From Octopus bimaculoides (lineage: Eukaryota), in the NCBI RefSeq assembly GCF_001194135.2, contig NC_068997.1:6066379-6130378 (forward strand): a stretch of 64,000 nucleotides of DNA, written 5' to 3'. This document shows positions 61,132-64,000 of the stretch, in pieces. Under the pieces are notes generated by a model that had not been told where the DNA came from, made no database searches, and saw only the letters and a list, made by a program, of their open reading frames with translations. The number at the start of each line of letters is the position of its first letter. The stretch's first letter is position 1. A program made the position numbers and the translations under genes.

Positions 61132-61345
61132 TTGTGTGCTTGTGTTTGTCCCCCACCAACATCGCTTGATAACCGATGCTGGTGTGTTTATGTCCCCGTA
61201 ACTTAGCAGTTTGGCAAAAGAGACCGATAGAATAAGTACTAGGCTTACAAAGAATAAGCCCTGGGTGTGATTTGCTCGACTAAAGGCGATGCTCCAGCAT
61301 GGCCACAGTCAAAAGACTGAAACAAGTGAAAGAGTAAAAGAGTAA
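60900..61345 (+). mobile_element. Full-length SINE family B with internal (TA)/(TG)n
   Basis: tRNA-like head, central microsatellite, 3' block ending GAAACAAGTGAAAGAGTAAAAGAGT. Confidence 0.88.
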
Positions 61346-61561
61346 AGATAACCATAACAAGTTATTTAATAGCACTGCTAACACATTAGAACACAGTATT
61401 GACTATAAAGAGTTTAATATACTTTGTAGAATATTATCGTTTAATAATGAAATACGGTGTTTCTCATTAATTATTCACCAGCTTAGAATGGGGTCTATTT
61501 TATTGTGGTCAGTAAGATGGTAGAATGGTTGCAGAAGAAGTAAAATTGAAGTATTCCTTAC

Positions 61562-61759
61562 CTGGAAGTGGTTGACCTACGGAATGTAAACATTTGACAA
61601 AACTGCCTGTTCCTAATGCATCAAGGGCTGCCTGGCCCATTCTGGTCATGATGCGCATGCTGGCTACGACATAGGCTGAATCTGTGAGTTCAATTCCAAT
61701 TTTGGATAATGGTCCACCTACTGCACCCATGCTGAATGGGATTACATACATGGTACGAC
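61562..61759 (-). CDS. PEPCK: PEPCK coding exon
   Basis: ctttcag|GT CGT ACC ATG; [44 protein letters not shown]; donor gtaagg; 198 nt, phase 1-1. Confidence 0.97.
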
Positions 61760-61889
61760 CTGAAAGAAGTCAATGGAAATTGGTTTGGAATAAACAGGAA
61801 ATAGAAAAGAAATTTTAAACACATATAACATTTGGGATTGTTTTGATTTGATACTAATTTTAAAACAAACTAAAATTTGGTGCAAAAGC

Positions 61890-62090
61890 AGAATTGTTTG
61901 AGTGTTGGACAAAATGCTTAGTGATAGTTCTGATGGTAGTTCTGACATAATGTTCTAAGTTCAAATTCCACCAAGGTAAATTTTGCCTTTCATCCTTTCA
62001 AAGTTGATAAAATAAAGTACCAAGTACTAGGGTCAATGTAAGTGACTTGCCCTTCCTCTCAAATTGCTAGTCTTGAGAGCAAAAATTATA
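61890..62090 (+). mobile_element. SINE family A, degraded
   Basis: AAATGCTTAG..GTTCAAATTCCACC..TTTGCCTTTCATCCTTTC blocks. Confidence 0.7.
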
Positions 62091-62539
62091 AAATGAGACA
62101 AAATTTTAAGACAAACTGTCAAGAATTGTGCCAAAGAATATAAGGTACAGTTTACTGAGAATATTCAGATAGTCACTACAAGAGGTAATTTCAGGAGTAT
62201 GTACAAAAGATATCAAGAGGACTTGGCCCAGTTTGAAGCAAGCCAGCCTCACTGGAGATGAAATTACAGATAAAAAAAATATCATTGGGAGAGATGTGTA
62301 GAACACTACTCCAATCTCTACTGTGAACAGAACACTGTCCATCTCAATAATTGACATCATTGTATTTTTGATGACTGTAGAGCCATTATTAAAAAAGTTA
62401 AGATCGATTATTAATTGTTGAGCTTCAGAAAAGATGTCTGGTAGTGACAGGGATCTCTTCTGATATAATCTAGTATTGTAGGACCATCTCATTGCCTTAT
62501 TGCTCACAATGCATGAAATCCTGTACATATACAGGCGTC

Positions 62540-62672
62540 TTTCAGTTTTCATCTGCTAAATCCATTCCCAAGACTTTGTTCAATCTCAGGCTATAGTAGA
62601 AGTAGTGTGGCCCAAGGTGCCACACAGTGGGACTGAGCCCGAAACCATGTGATTGGGAAGCAAACTTCAATC
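62540..62672 (-). mobile_element. SINE family B 5' part, ~25 nt from a PEPCK donor site
   Basis: Revcomp GCTTCCCAATCACATGGTTTCGGGCTCAGTCCCACTGTGTGGCACCTTGGG. Confidence 0.75.
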
Positions 62673-62696
62673 TCAATTACAAATACGGCAAGGTAC

Positions 62697-62881
62697 CTCG
62701 CATACATCCTGGGAATCTCATGTTAAGTTCGGTGTCCATGTCTTCCAGATCCATCCAGTAACCAAGTTGACCTTTGACTCCAGTTTTAGGAATCGGTATT
62801 GTGTCTCTTTGGGCTTCTGTTGCTATCACAGTACGTCTCTCTACACGGGCCACATCAGCAGGATCTGTCCGTGCCAGCCAA
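62697..62881 (-). CDS. PEPCK: PEPCK, most 5' coding exon in the window
   Basis: gtttcag|T TGG; [39 protein letters not shown]; donor gtacct; 185 nt, phase 2-1; upstream exon(s) not found in the window. Confidence 0.96.
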
Positions 62882-63002
62882 CTGAAACAAAAAAAAAAGC
62901 ACACATGCACACACACAAAAAGAAAAAATATAAATAACTAAATCATAAAATGTTGAAGAAAATATTCTTAGGGAAAATAAAAGACATCTATTATAATTCA
63001 TT

Positions 63003-63303
63003 GTGGAGGCGCAATGGTCCAGTGGTTAGGGCAGCGGACTCGCGGTTTCGATTCTCAGACCGGGCGTTGTGTGTGTTTATTGAGCGAAACACCTAAGCTC
63101 CACGAGGCTCCGGCAGGGGGTAGTGGCGACCCCTGTTGTACTCTTTCGCCCCAACTTTCTCTTACTCTTTCTTCCTGTTTCTTGAGTAACACTGCGATGG
63201 ACTGGCTGGCGTCCCGTCCAGCTGGGAGGGGGACACACACACATACGCCATAGAAACTGGGAAACCGGGCCCATGAGCCTGGCTAGGCTTTGAAAGGGCG
63301 ACG
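63003..63303 (+). mobile_element. tRNA-derived SINE family C
   Basis: Homologous to 9261-9570. Confidence 0.8.
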
Positions 63304-63734
63304 TTTTATTATAATTCATTGCTTTGGGTCTTTAAGTTTAGAATATTTGTGGTGTTATTATTGTTTAGTCTCTTGTCAGTATCGATGCAGCAGACTTATT
63401 ATTAAAGATGTTCTTTCCATGACCATCACAGACTACACTATTCCACCCCATTACTGTTAACTCCAGATCTATCCTGACAGACAAGACCTACGATAAAAGG
63501 TGCTCCAGCATTGACCAACCTGTATTATATTCAGACATGGTGCATTTAAGAAGACATTATCAAATATCTGTCTTTCTTTTTAAAGACAGAAGGTTATGGT
63601 TAAGAGACAGTATAACACCAACTCTTTGTTTCAGGTGCAGAAAACAGACATCAAACAACACCAGAAACTCTCTTTTTGTGTCAGGTACAAACCTTTAAGG
63701 GTATTACTGATACATACATTTTATATATATATAT

Positions 63735-64000
63735 ATCATCATCATCATCATCATCATCGTTTAACGTCCGCTTTCCATGCTAGCATGGGTTGGACGATTT
63801 GACTGAGGACTGGTGAAACCGGATGGCAACACCAGGTTCCAGTCTGATTTGGCAGAGTTTCTACAGCTGGATGTCCTTCCTAACGCCAACCACTCAGAGA
63901 GTATAGTGGGTGCTTTTATGTGTCACCCGCACGAAAACGGCCACGCTCGAAATGGTGTCTTTTATGTGCCACCCGCACAAGCCAGTCCAGGGGCACCGGC
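63735..64000 (-). mobile_element. SINE family D with (GAT)n tail
   Basis: Nearly identical, in reverse orientation, to 42290-42462. Confidence 0.8.

Noticed and set aside
63003-63065. tRNA-like sequences here and at 9510-9570, 15630 and 60900
   Set aside because: SINE heads continuing into SINE bodies; no complete cloverleaf.
17-63802. Numerous ORF-track ORFs made of YI/HT/CV/LS repeats or X runs
   Set aside because: Translations of microsatellites and assembly gaps, not genes.
62882-64000. Upstream PEPCK exon or promoter
   Set aside because: No matching peptide found; the region is SINE-filled, so the N-terminus and any mitochondrial leader cannot be assessed.
1-64000. Fanzor/TnpB, viral or horizontally acquired bacterial genes
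   Set aside because: No RuvC/zinc-ribbon, capsid or operon-like signal seen in the ORF track or in the unassigned segments I translated.

Overview
Repeat-dense, gap-rich animal genomic DNA, most likely Octopus (inferred from the very high microsatellite load and the SINE families; not verifiable here). Two host genes are visible, both on the minus strand. (1) A GTP-dependent phosphoenolpyruvate carboxykinase (PEPCK) gene: 8 coding exons from 62881 down to the stop at 46234, all phase-compatible GT-AG junctions, 548 aa plus one split codon, catalytic motifs intact; its 5' end lies beyond the window. (2) A gene missed by the ORF track: a 129-nt phase 1-1 exon at 2173-2301 encoding one six-cysteine EGF domain resembling molluscan EGF(-ZP) shell-matrix-type proteins, with only tentative signal-peptide exon candidates. 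The rest is transposon debris: several mariners, a DD37D/maT element, an intronic hAT, RTE LINE fragments, three R4/Dong-type RLE LINE copies, a Penelope-like fragment with a nearby hammerhead-like motif, a solo LTR with TSD, Helitron 3' ends, several foldback MITEs, and many tRNA-derived SINEs. No CRISPR, rRNA or true tRNA gene was found. The best leads are the hidden EGF gene, the microsatellite-linked R4/Dong LINEs and head-to-tail SINE arrays, and the hammerhead-like motifs.
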